This document shows, piece by piece, positions 1-11,300 of a DNA stretch of 64,000 bases. The stretch's first letter is position 1, and each line of letters begins with the position of its first letter. The DNA lies in assembly GCA_963841015.1 (NCBI GenBank), contig CAWJAX010000002.1:416001-480000 (forward strand). Direction: 5' to 3'. The notes beneath the pieces are model-generated. The model did no database searches. It saw only the letters and a list, made by a program, of their open reading frames with translations, and had not been told where the DNA came from. This DNA comes from an uncultured Methanoregulaceae archaeon (lineage in GTDB: Archaea; Halobacteriota; Methanomicrobia; Methanomicrobiales; Methanospirillaceae). Both the position numbers and the translations under genes were made by a program.

Positions 1-2
1 GT

Positions 3-860
3 ATGATGCAGATCCTCCACCAGTCGCGGGATCATGCAGGGAAGCATGACGGTATCGTCTTTGATGCAGAGATCGACAAGGTAATTGTGATTGACCAGTC
101 ACCTATCGGAAAGACGCCCCGGAGCAACCCGGCCACGTACACCAAAGTCTTTGATGAGATCAGAGCCGTTTTTGCCCAGACAAAGGAGGCAAAGATGCGG
201 GGATACAAACCGGGCCGGTTCTCGTTTAATATCCGGGGTGGCAGGTGCGAAGCATGCGAAGGTGACGGGCTGATCCGTATTGAGATGAACTTCCTGCCCG
301 ATGTCTATATCGAATGCGAGGAGTGCAAGGGAAAGCGGTACAACCGCGAAACGCTTGAGGTGAAGTACAAAGACAAATCGATTGCTGATGTACTGGACAT
401 GAGTGTGGAAGAGGCGATGAAGATCTTTTCAAACATTCCATCTATCAAGAGCAAGCTCGAGACCCTCTCCCGGGTCGGTCTTGATTATATCAAACTCGGG
501 CAGAGCTCAACGACACTTTCCGGTGGAGAAGCCCAGAGGATTAAACTCACCCGTGAGCTTGCCAAGCGGGCTACAGGAAAAACCCTGTACCTGCTTGACG
601 AACCGACTACCGGGCTCCATTTCGATGATACGAAAAAACTGATCAAAGTGCTCGATGATCTTGTCGCAAAAGGCAACACCGTAGTGGTGATCGAACACAA
701 CCTTGACGTCATCAAATCAGCAGACCACCTTATAGATATCGGGCCTGATGGCGGGGATGCCGGTGGTAAGATTGTTGCTACCGGGACACCGGAAAAAGTA
801 GCAGGTGTCGCGAAAAGCTATACGGGACAGTTTTTAAAACCGATATTACATCGGGCTTAA
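3..860 (+). CDS. uvrA: Excinuclease ABC subunit A, C-terminal part (5' end outside window)
   Basis: [18 protein letters not shown], Zn finger CEACEG...CEECKG, ABC signature [11 protein letters not shown], Walker [20 protein letters not shown]. Confidence 0.97.
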   Translation: MMQILHQSRDHAGKHDGIVFDAEIDKVIVIDQSPIGKTPRSNPATYTKVFDEIRAVFAQTKEAKMRGYKPGRFSFNIRGGRCEACEGDGLIRIEMNFLPDVYIECEECKGKRYNRETLEVKYKDKSIADVLDMSVEEAMKIFSNIPSIKSKLETLSRVGLDYIKLGQSSTTLSGGEAQRIKLTRELAKRATGKTLYLLDEPTTGLHFDDTKKLIKVLDDLVAKGNTVVVIEHNLDVIKSADHLIDIGPDGGDAGGKIVATGTPEKVAGVAKSYTGQFLKPILHRA

Positions 861-898
861 TTTTTATCAGTGGTATCCATTTTTTATATAAAAAAGAT

Positions 899-1171
899 TC
901 AGCCTTGTTTTTCCAGCAGGTCTTGTAATGCCGGATCGATTTGGACAGCCTGTTCATAGCGAACCCGTGCCTCTTCATACTCGCCAAGCGTTGTTAAGCA
1001 GTTGCCCATTTCAAAGAGTGCCTTTGAGCAACGGGGAGCTATTACCATTGTTTGTTTGAGATATTTCAGTGCACTTTCGGGTTTCCCTGACCTGAACATC
1101 TCTATAGCTTTCTTGTAGAGAAATTGCGCCTCAATAGGTACACCCTTTGCATAGATATACTTGCATCCCAT
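899..1171 (-). CDS. Small tetratricopeptide-repeat protein
   Basis: Two TPR-like helix pairs (ALFEMGNCLTTLGEYEEARVRYEQAVQIDP); GAGGTG SD-like motif upstream. Confidence 0.75.
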   Translation of the reverse strand: MGCKYIYAKGVPIEAQFLYKKAIEMFRSGKPESALKYLKQTMVIAPRCSKALFEMGNCLTTLGEYEEARVRYEQAVQIDPALQDLLEKQG

Positions 1172-1486
1172 ACCACACCTCTTCTCACTGGTCGCCCGAT
1201 ATCCGCGACGACTAAATTATATGAGTATTTTTATAAATATTAATAAATATTCACAGCAGATGTGAGCGGCAGATGTGACGCATGCAGTGCAATGCAAAAA
1301 AGACGGTGAAAAGATGAAGGGTAAAAACGGCAGCGGGGATTGAATGCAATCCTTATGTGTTCACGTCATGCACAATAAAAACCCGGATAACTGCAATGGG
1401 GAGAAGGATTATCAGGTTCTCCCCCATGATTTCCATTACCCCATCCCTATTCCTTATGACCTTTGTATTCTGATTACCTAGTACAG

Positions 1487-3067
1487 ATGCTCGATCTCAG
1501 CACCCTCCCGGGAAACCCCGGCTGCTACCTTTTCTCAGATGAGGCCGGTACGGTTATTTACGTCGGGAAGGCAAAAAATCTCAAAAAGCGGGTGACAAGT
1601 TATTTTCAGAAAACCGATCACGATCCTAAGACCAAAAACCTGATTTCCCGCATTGCATCGGTCAGCGTACTGGTGACCAACACTGAGACAGAAGCATTGC
1701 TTCTGGAAAACAACCTGATAAAGAAACATCAGCCGAAATACAATATCGATCTGAAGGACGCGAAACGGTTTGCCTATATAGAACTCACCCGTGAACCGTT
1801 TCCCAGGATCGGGATTGCCCGGCGGATGAGTGCCGGTGACGCGACGTATTTCGGCCCATTTGTTTCTGCAGCAGAGCGTGATGCCCTGCTTCGGGTGATA
1901 AAACGGATTTTCTGCCTGCGTTCCTGCAAAAAACTGCCGAAACGTGCCTGTCTCCGGTACCACATGAAGTCATGCAGTGCCCCGTGTATCGGTTTAATCA
2001 GTGAGGATGATTATCATCAGCATGTCGAGCGGGCATCGGCGTTGCTGAAAGGAAAGGGTGGTGAATTGCTGGCCCAGCTCCGGACTGAGATGGCAGCATG
2101 CTCGGCTGCACAGGATTATGAAAGGGCGCTTGTCCTCCGCAACCAGATCGCGGCAATCGGTCACCTTACCGAACGCCAGCATGTTGAGCGTCCGAAAGAG
2201 ACCGACCAGGATGTCATTGCGTATACCATAGCAGATGATATGGTATACCTTATGGTATTTTCTGTCGAGAAGGGATTACTGCTCAGTAAGCAGGAATACT
2301 CGTTTGACAACCGGGAAGATTTTTTTGAGGAATTTCTTGTTCAGTATTATGCGGACCGTGTGCCACCTGCAGAGTTAATCGTCCCCCACGTGATCGATGA
2401 GGCACTTACCGGGTACTTATCGGAACGAAAAGGCAGGAGTGTGCAGGTGACCGTGCCAAAGATCGGTGAGAAGAAAAAACTGCTTGACCTTGTGGAGAAA
2501 AACATCGGGCACGCATTCTTAAAAAACGAGCTCAAAGTAAAAGACCTGCAGGCAAACCTTGACCTTCCTGATGCTCCCGAAGTAATTGAGTGTTTCGACA
2601 TTTCGCACCTTTCGGGCACATCAATGGTCGGGTCCATGGTGCAGTTCCGGAACGGGATTGCGGACAAGAAGAACTATCGCAGGTTTAAAATCAAAACGAT
2701 CGAGGGCATTGATGACGCTGGCTCAATTGCAGAGATCGTGAAACGGCGGTATCACCGGCTCATTGAAGAGAACACCGATCTTCCCGACCTGATCATCATC
2801 GATGGCGGGAAAGGTCAGTTATCTGCTGCCCTGGAAGTAATTCAGGGTCTTGACCTTGCTATTCCGGTGATTGCGATTGCCAAGAAAGAAGAGGAGGTGT
2901 ACGTGCCCGGTGAAATGATCCCCCGCCATCTCGATCCTAAAGGGATGGCGCTGCGGTATATCCAGGAAATCCGTGATGAGGCGCACCGCTTTGCAATAGC
3001 CTATCATACCCTGCTCAGGAAGAAGAAAATGACCGGAGATTACACACGGTCCGGCAAGGTAAAATAA
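1487..3067 (+). CDS. uvrC: Excinuclease ABC subunit C
   Basis: GIY-YIG N-terminus (PGCYLF...IYVGKAKNLKKRV), Cys cluster, UVR motif, RNase H-like IECFDISH, PDLIIIDGGKGQ, RDEAHRFA; ATG 1487 preferred over TTG 1463; no C-terminal HhH visible. Confidence 0.96.
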   Translation: MLDLSTLPGNPGCYLFSDEAGTVIYVGKAKNLKKRVTSYFQKTDHDPKTKNLISRIASVSVLVTNTETEALLLENNLIKKHQPKYNIDLKDAKRFAYIELTREPFPRIGIARRMSAGDATYFGPFVSAAERDALLRVIKRIFCLRSCKKLPKRACLRYHMKSCSAPCIGLISEDDYHQHVERASALLKGKGGELLAQLRTEMAACSAAQDYERALVLRNQIAAIGHLTERQHVERPKETDQDVIAYTIADDMVYLMVFSVEKGLLLSKQEYSFDNREDFFEEFLVQYYADRVPPAELIVPHVIDEALTGYLSERKGRSVQVTVPKIGEKKKLLDLVEKNIGHAFLKNELKVKDLQANLDLPDAPEVIECFDISHLSGTSMVGSMVQFRNGIADKKNYRRFKIKTIEGIDDAGSIAEIVKRRYHRLIEENTDLPDLIIIDGGKGQLSAALEVIQGLDLAIPVIAIAKKEEEVYVPGEMIPRHLDPKGMALRYIQEIRDEAHRFAIAYHTLLRKKKMTGDYTRSGKVK

Positions 3068-3095
3068 ATCTCCCGACTGATTTTCTAAAAAAATC

Positions 3096-3299
3096 TGATC
3101 TGTCGAATTTCTTTAAGATGAAGGCTGGAAAAAAGCACACTACTATAAAGGAGCGGACAGTACCTGCCACCCTACCTACCTGCACTTTTTACGATGATGA
3201 CGTATTTACTGATCGGTCGTATTGTATTGGGGGGAGCTGAAACGGCTGGGGTGAAACCCGTGTTGAGTGTTCACATTTTTTTACCATTTCTGCACAGCC
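3096..3299 (+). mobile_element. MITE-like element, short form (module A), decayed copy
   Basis: Ends tgatctgtcgaa...tttctgcacagcc; direct repeat AAAAAATC at 3088-3095 and 3300-3307; internal ggacagtacctg and ggggtgaaaccc match the other copies. Confidence 0.7.
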
Positions 3300-3356
3300 A
3301 AAAAATCTATTCAGGCATACCAAATAATTATCATATTCCCTGTGAAATCTGAAACC

Positions 3357-3728
3357 ATGGCTGGGAATACTACTGGTTCGATATTCATTCTCCTTATGAT
3401 CACCGCTGGTCTGATAACGGTAAGCGGGTGCACGGCAGGCAATCCCCCTGTAACGCCATCACCTGAACCCACTTCTGTTCCTGTGGTCACGACTGCTCCT
3501 GCTTCTGCACAAAGTTGCATTACGGCCGATGACTGTGTACCTGCCCAATGTTGTCATCCCACGACTTGTATCAACAAAGCAAACAAGGGAGTATGCAACC
3601 TGATGTGCACGATGAGCTGCGAGGGACCGATCGATTGTGGAGCCGGCAGCTGCGGGTGTGTAAACGGGACATGCAGTGTGGTTCCCTCGAAATCATCACC
3701 GTTTACAACGGTTACAAAACTGCCGTAA
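3357..3728 (+). CDS. Cysteine-rich lipoprotein
   Basis: Hydrophobic signal plus lipobox VSGC, Pro/Thr linker, 12-Cys domain. Confidence 0.75.
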   Translation: MAGNTTGSIFILLMITAGLITVSGCTAGNPPVTPSPEPTSVPVVTTAPASAQSCITADDCVPAQCCHPTTCINKANKGVCNLMCTMSCEGPIDCGAGSCGCVNGTCSVVPSKSSPFTTVTKLP

Positions 3729-3777
3729 TCATACTTTGGCGTGAAACCTTTATCAGCGATGAACGTGACGACTCTAC

Positions 3778-3990
3778 ATGGCATTATCTGCATATATTAC
3801 GTTTCCGGTGATTATGGTTGCAGGGAGTATCCTGTTCCTCTGCCTTATCGGTACTGCAGTTCTCGGTTCCATGATAATAAAGGGAAAAGGCAATATACCG
3901 TTCTCCTGGCACGTGAATCTCGCCCGGCTGACTATCGTGATTGCGCTCATTCACGGTTTTTTTGCCATGGCATGGTTCTTTGGATGGTAG
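3778..3990 (+). CDS. Small two-TM membrane protein
   Basis: Two hydrophobic segments; WH...H pattern. Confidence 0.6.
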   Translation: MALSAYITFPVIMVAGSILFLCLIGTAVLGSMIIKGKGNIPFSWHVNLARLTIVIALIHGFFAMAWFFGW

Positions 3991-4027
3991 GAACCTTGTA
4001 TCACGCGTTTGCCGGAGGGTGGATGGA

Positions 4028-4396
4028 ATGAAAATTCATGGGGTGATGATTGCGCTGATCATCACGCTGGTCTTTTTCTCCGGGTGTCTTGGCAGTCCTG
4101 TAGTGCATGACCGTGCACAGGAAGACCTGCATGCCCATTACGAGTATTCTGAAGGATGGTCGATCGGGCAGGGGTGTTATGAACAGGTGAAAGGATATAT
4201 TTATACTACGGGGAATTTCTCGGCTGAGTCGGTGCAGTTGCATTTCAATCTGGTGAATAGTGGAACCGGAACGATAAGGGATTCCCGGTCCATCTTTGCA
4301 GGTCCTTTGGGTAAAGGAGAGACCCGGAACTTTGAGACGGTTCTTGATGGGGAATGCACACAGGAGTACCGGGTTGATTTTATGTTTGGAGACTAA
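4028..4396 (+). CDS. Lipoprotein with FxLYD-like Ig domain
   Basis: Lipobox FSGC; VKGYIYTTG...VQLHFNLVN...GPLGKGETRNF. Confidence 0.65.
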   Translation: MKIHGVMIALIITLVFFSGCLGSPVVHDRAQEDLHAHYEYSEGWSIGQGCYEQVKGYIYTTGNFSAESVQLHFNLVNSGTGTIRDSRSIFAGPLGKGETRNFETVLDGECTQEYRVDFMFGD

Positions 4397-4419
4397 TTAT
4401 TCCGGAAAAAAGGTATCGT

Positions 4420-4962
4420 ATGGTGGAAAAGAACCAGCCTACCTTTCAACATGTCCTTGGTATCTTTGCAGTTCTGGTCATGGTAACCGTACTCGTCGCC
4501 ATTGCCGGGTGTCTTTTTCAGGCGCCTGAAAAAACTCCTGCAGTCCCATCAGTGTGTTCCACCGATGCCGGCGTCTGTACTCTTCCGATTACCCCATCTG
4601 TCAGGATAGAAGCCGCTCCCCAGATGTACACCCCGCTCATGTCCTCAACACCCGGAATAGGGCTTACTCCGGACGCCAGCGGGTTCAACCCTGCGGATGC
4701 AGAGTTCACCTGGAACGCATCCTACGGGTATTTTTTAGACTGGAGTTCTTCGAATTATACAGTCAGCAGGCTTTCACAACCTGTAGTAAATCATGGGGAA
4801 AAGGTCTACTGGTCATTCATTGATATTCCAGCATCGACCAGCGATCCCGTCATCATCTCGGTCACTGTACGGAATCTCCCGTCAGGGCAGATAAGGGGGA
4901 GCTCCCGGCTTACTCTTGGCTGGGAAGGGAATTACACGGTGAGGGTTCAGAAGATAGAGTGA
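4420..4962 (+). CDS. Hypothetical lipoprotein/secreted protein
   Basis: Signal plus IAGC lipobox; beta-rich domain. Confidence 0.7.
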   Translation: MVEKNQPTFQHVLGIFAVLVMVTVLVAIAGCLFQAPEKTPAVPSVCSTDAGVCTLPITPSVRIEAAPQMYTPLMSSTPGIGLTPDASGFNPADAEFTWNASYGYFLDWSSSNYTVSRLSQPVVNHGEKVYWSFIDIPASTSDPVIISVTVRNLPSGQIRGSSRLTLGWEGNYTVRVQKIE

Positions 4963-5226
4963 TCCTTGACTGAGGTTTCCGGTAAATCATGGTATTCTTT
5001 TTTTCGCGTTATTTTTCGGATTCAGATTTTTTTCCTTCTTCTTTTCCTTCTTTTAAGATTTGGTAGGCTCAGTCTCATCCACAGATTTGGATCGAAAACA
5101 GGAGGACAAGTGCTTTAACCGTATGAAAATTCTGGGCTTCATCGCAGCCCTCCTCTCATTTCGCGCAGAGATGCAATGCACTGGCGCCTCGCCAATATTT
5201 ATTATCCGTTATTATATTGGTCATAG

Positions 5227-5275
5227 TATGGTAATTTCATACCATAATTATCAAAAATATGCTCTTTTTTATAAA
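5227..5275 (+). promoter_or_regulatory. Putative operator palindrome and TATA box of the giant surface gene
   Basis: TATGGTA-N6-TACCATA (5227-5246); TTTATAAA (5268-5275); AAGGAG before TTG 5377. Confidence 0.35.
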
Positions 5276-5376
5276 ATTTTTCAGATATCAACGTCAAAAC
5301 GACACGATTATCATAGTTATCGAAAAATGTTGGTACGTTTGATTAAAAAATTATTATATAAGGAGATTTGGTTTAA

Positions 5377-8300
5377 TTGGAGCGCAAGCATGTCTACATC
5401 ATAATCTCATTGATTTTTTTCTCGTTATTGATTGTTTCTGTGGCCGCAGATACTCCGTTAAGCTACGGGGTTGAGACTGCGGGGGCCATTGAGACTCCTG
5501 GTGGAAATGACACATATTCCCTTCCCGCCACGGCTGGGGACCACCTGTTCTTCCGGATGGGAGGACAGTACATCACCGATCCGGAACTCGTTCTTTACAG
5601 TCCGACAGGAACTGAACTTGCGACCAACTGGAGCCAGAGCGGATACTATCGAGCTGAAATCTCTCTTATTGTGCCGGAGACCGGCACGTATCTCCTGCTT
5701 GCCCGGAGTCATACCATAAATACCAATCCTTACGGCATCTTCGCCCAGAAAGTAAATGCTCCGGAGAATGCCACTGCTCTTCCCTGGAACACCGAGACCG
5801 CTGGTACAATCTCCTATGGGGGATGCATGGATACCTACACGGTTTCAGCCACTGCCGGTGAGGACCTGCAGATCCGGATGGGCTCAAGTGCCACTCCGGA
5901 CCTTATACTCTTTGGTCCGGATGGATCAGAACTTGCCAGAAACACCTCCTACCGTCTTGGCAGTATCTCAGTAACAGCACCTGCAACCGGGACTTATACC
6001 GTCCTTACCGGAGAACATTTGGGATATCAGACCGGGGGGTATGGAATCACTGCAGTGAGCCAGGAGAATATGATCCCTCTCTTGTATGGGGTTGAGACTT
6101 CCGGTACAATTACGGCTTTAGGGGGTGAAGATGCCTACTCACTCCCCGCGACAGCCGGTGACCACCTGTTCTTCCGGATGGGAGGACAGTACATCACCGA
6201 TCCGGAACTCGTTCTTTACAGTCCGACAGGAACTGAACTTGCGACCAACTGGAGTCAGAGCGGATACTATCGAGCTGAAATCTCTCTTATTGTGCCGGAG
6301 ACCGGCACGTATCTCCTGCTTGCCCGGAGTCATACCATAAATACCAATCCTTACGGCATCTTCGCCCAGAAAGTAAATGCTCCGGAGAATGCCACTGCTC
6401 TTCCCTGGAACACCGAGACCGTTGGTACAATCTCCTATGGGGGATGCATGGATACCTACACGGTTTCAGCCACTGCCGGTGAGGACCTGCAGATCCGGAT
6501 GGGCTCAAGTGCCACTCCGGACCTTATACTCTTTGGTCCGGATGGATCAGAACTTGCCAGAAACACCTCCTACCGTCTTGGCAGTATCTCAGTAACAGCA
6601 CCTGCAACCGGGACTTATACCGTCCTTACCGGAGAACATTTGGGATATCAGACCGGGGGGTATGGAATCACTGCAGTGAGCCAGGAGAATATGATCCCTC
6701 TCTTGTATGGGGTTGAGACTTCCGGTACAATTACGGCTTTAGGGGGTGAAGATGCCTACTCACTCCCCGCGACAGCCGGTGACCACCTGTTCTTCCGGAT
6801 GGGAGGACAGGTACATCACCGATCCGGAACTCGTTCTTTACAGTCCGACAGGAACTGAACTTGCGACCAACTGGAGTCAGAGCGGATACTATCGAGCTGA
6901 AATCTCTCTTATTGTGCCGGAGACCGGCACGTATCTCCTGCTTGCCCGGAGTCATACCATAAATACCAATCCTTACGGCATCTTCGCCCAGAAAGTAAAT
7001 GCTCCGGAGAATGCCACTGCTCTTCCCTGGAACACCGAGACCGCTGGTACAATCTCCTATGGGGGATGCATGGATACCTACACGGTTTCAGCCACTGCCG
7101 GTGAGGACCTGCAGATCCGGATGGGCTCAAGTGCCACTCCGGACCTTATACTCTTTGGTCCGGATGGATCAGAACTTGCCAGAAACACCTCCTATCATCT
7201 TGGCAGTATCTCAGTAACAGCACCTGCAACCGGGACTTATACCGTCCTTACCGGAGAACATTTGGGATATCAGACCGGGGGGTATTGGATTAATGGAACA
7301 AATCCTAATTGGTATTCAGCTCCTATCGCCAACTTTACCGCCAACCTCACCTCTGGCACCGCACCTCTCGCTGTGCAATTCACTGACACATCAAGTGGCT
7401 CCCCAACAGAGTGGAACTGGGATTTCGGCGAAGGCAACGTTAGCAATGAACAGAACCCATCGTTCATCTATTCAACCCCTGGAATCTTCACAGTCTCACT
7501 GAATGCAACCAATTCCGCTGGCAGTAACACAACGAGCAAACTGAATTATGTCAGTGTATCGAACGCAAATGGCATTTTTGATATCTTTGAAAAATTCCCA
7601 AGAAATTCCCAAGGGGAAAACGGAATCTACTTACAATATCTTGAAAATGGTGTGTATACCAACTTGCCTAATTTCGCAGATTATCATTTCGCGATTTTCA
7701 CAGGAACGTGGTGGGTTCCTTCAATTGCTGATGCATATAAACTGGGTGGCGGGTATCCTGGTTATCCCCCCCATGGAATCAATGCTCACCCGACTGCGAT
7801 CAATCAGGTTGGTCTTGAAGCAGACACAATAATCCGGATTAATATCCCGGGCGAAGGGGGAATTGTCCAGGTTAATGGTTCAGGAGGGGAGGATATGGGA
7901 AATGTCCGGTTCTATATCTTCAAAGGAGAGGATAATTACAACAATCCCCTCTGGTCCTCATGGGACGGAGGTATTTTCAATTTGTCTGTTCCTTATTCGA
8001 ATGGAGAGCAGCTATTTTTTGCGACTGATGCCGGTGGCGACGATGTAAATGACTGGGCATACTGGAGCAGTATCCAGTTGTTCCCCTCCAATGAAGTACC
8101 TCTTGTCGCTAACTTCACCGCTAACGTTACCTCAGGTTCTTCACCACTAGCGGTTCAGTTCACTGACACATCAACGGGAAACGATATTACCTCAAGAGAA
8201 TGGCACTACAAACTCAACTCCGAAAGCTCGTGGACTCCTTTAATTCTGGATGGAGAATCGTCGTTTGTATTTTCGAATGGGGGTATTTATGACATCAAAC

Positions 8301-11300
8301 TCACCATATCAGGGACTGGCGGAACTGATGATGAGGTTAAGACTAATATTATAACAGTCAACATCCCGAGTGCTGATCCGGTATATAATCCCGTAAATGG
8401 CCATTATTATGATGTAATTTCTGGATCCATCACATGGATCGCGGCCAACAATGCAGCTCAATCATTAACCTTCAAGAGTATAAACGGACATCTTGCTACG
8501 ATCACTTCTGAAGCTGAAAATAGTTTTATTCTAGCGTCTTTTGGGGCTTCTGGAATTGAGGGGTATCATCTCGGCGGTTTTCAACCCCTAGGAAGCACCG
8601 AACCAGATGGTGATTGGCAATGGGTGACCGGTGAGCCGTGGAGTTATACCAATTGGGTTACCGGGGAACCTTCCAATGCTTATGGAGGAGATGAGGGAGT
8701 GCATCCATCTGGATGGCCGGAAGACTCACTTCAGGCAGGGTGGGGTACCGGACAATGGAATGATTTCCCAAGTGATGTGCCAAAGAGCGGTTATGTTGTT
8801 GAATGGGATTTCGCAGCTCCTGCTCCTGTTTCAGGATTCTCTGGCACCCCAACATCGGGATTTGCACCATTGACCATAGACTTCACAGATGCATCGACCG
8901 GCAGCCCAACCGGTTGGGCATGGTTCTTCGGCGACGAGACATATACAACAGCATGGACTCAGCAGACTGCAGGTGCTGAATGGTCGGCAAGAGACGCACC
9001 AAGTAGTGTGGTATTGTTCGACGGTAACATCGTGTTGATGGGTGGACTAGCTGATGACGGCTATAAAAATGATGTTTGGCTTTCAACGGACAATGGCGTT
9101 ACATGGACGCAGCAGACCGCAAATGCTGAATGGCAAGGAAGATACGCTCAAACAAGCGTAGTGATGCCGGACGGCAGTATCGTATTGATGGGCGGATCAG
9201 ACTGAAGATGGTTATAAAAATGATGTATGGCGTTCAACGGACAATGGCGTTACATGGACGCAGCAGACAGCAAGTGCTGAGTGGTCAGATAGATGGACTC
9301 ATACAAGCATAGTGATGCCGGACGGCAGTATCGTGTTGATGGGTGGTGATTGGAAGAATGACGTATGGCGTTCCACGGATATGGGACAAACATGGACGCA
9401 GCAGACAGCAAGTGCCGAGTGGTCACCAAGAGAGTCTCACACAAGTGTGGTGATGCCAGATGGAAGTATCGTACTCATAGGGGGCCTTGGAAGTGACTGG
9501 GGCTCAAAGAGTGATGTGTGGCGTTCCACGGACATGGGACAAACATGGACGCAGCAGACAGCAAGTGCCGAGTGGATAGGAAGGTTCTCTCATACTAGCG
9601 TAGTTCTGCCGGATGGAAGTATAATGCTAGTGGGGGGTTGGGATAGTGGGTGGACCAGGACAAATGATGTGTGGCGTTCAGCGGACATGGGACAAACATG
9701 GACGCAGCAGACAGCAAATTCCGAGTGGTCGCCAAGAACAGGTCACAGCAGTATAGCGTTGCCAGATAGCAGTATCATGCTTTTGGGGGGTACAGCTGAT
9801 GACGGCTATAAGAATGATGTCTGGCGTCTCATGCCTGCAGGGTCATCGACCCAGAACCCGTCGCATACCTATACCGCAGCAGGAACCTATTCAGTTGCAT
9901 TACAGGCTTACAATAATGCCGGGTATAATAGTTCACTTAAGACCGGGTATATCCATGTCACAGGAGGAGGAAGTTTAAATTCTTCGCCCATCATCAGTAA
10001 TGTTGTAGTAACCAGCACATCCGGGCTTAACCTTACTACTGATTATCTCACCGCATCATGGGAAGCCTCCGATCCGGAAGAAGATCCAATCAAGAATATC
10101 ACCGTTTGGTCGAGGAATAATTCTCCTTTCAGTGTCCTTACCCTGCCATTCGAGCAGTCAGATGTAGCAACAGCAATGCACACCCGGGATTACTCAGGCC
10201 ATGGTAACAACGGGATCGTGCATGGCGCCACCTGGAACGCAGCCGGAGGGTATGATGGATGGGGTGCTTTTGCATTCGATGGAACTGATGATTATATCGA
10301 TCTCGGACTCGATCAGAGTCTGCAGGTTCAGAACGAGATCACCCTTACAGCCTGGATTAAGGCACCACCGATTCCGGATGATGAATTGTGGGCGATTGTG
10401 AACAGCCAGGATGACTGGACGGGTTCGGGCGCTTCAATTATTCTCGACGGGAGGGAGAGTCCTGATGGCCAGCCGTCACCTCGACGTCACATTCACTTCC
10501 AGATTGGAGATGGATCATGGCATACAACGAATTCGGATACTGTAGTCCCAGAGAATGAATGGGTTCATGTTGTTGCGACACGGCGGGCAGGTGAACCAGC
10601 TCGAATTTATTACAATGGCATCCTCCAGCCAAGTACCAGTGTACCCTGGTCGGGGTCCATCCAATACACCAGCAACTGGAGTGTAGGGCAACAGAACAAT
10701 CAGGGCAGAAATTTCAAGGGACTTATCGATGAGGTTCAGATCTTCAATCGTGCCCTCTCTGCAGAACAGATTGTAGCGCTTTATCAGAACAGGACATACC
10801 GGATCGTACCGCAAGAAACCAGTTTCGCGGATACCTGGCAAGCGTGTGTCACGGGAAATGATGGTTTCCATGATAGTATTCCCTCATGCAGCAATGTCGT
10901 GACCATCACAAAGGTTACTGATTTCACAGCTAACGTCACTTCCGGCATTGCCCCGCTCATGGTTCAGTTCACTGATACCTCAACCGGTTACCCGACAAGT
11001 TGGAACTGGTCATTTGGGGATAATACATTTTCTGATGAACAAAACCCGGTCCATTCCTACAACAATAATGGCAAATTTACTGTAAAACTGAATGTTACCA
11101 GTAGTAACGGATTCGACTGGGAAAACAAGACAGGGTATATCACCGTGTATTCTGATTTGCCACTTCTCGAACCTGAACTCAAACACGTGATTCCGATAAA
11201 TGCAAAAACCGCTTTTGTTTCAGATCTGGACAATGATGGAACAAACGAACTTCTTGTCGGGACATATCAGTCCGGCGGGAAGGATAGGATAATTCTTTAC

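Noticed and set aside
1257-1278. Direct repeat GCAGATGTGA x2 between the TPR gene and uvrC
   Set aside because: Only two short copies with no other support for an operator.
5060-5404. 114-aa ORF upstream of the giant gene
   Set aside because: TTG start, runs through the AT-rich promoter, no recognisable motif.
5464-7285. 621-bp repeats as a DGR template/variable pair
   Set aside because: Differences are few and not adenine-specific on one strand; no reverse transcriptase in the window.
9195-9210. TGA at 9203 as selenocysteine or read-through
   Set aside because: The repeat continues in another frame (GSAEDGYKNDVWRS), so it is a +1 indel.
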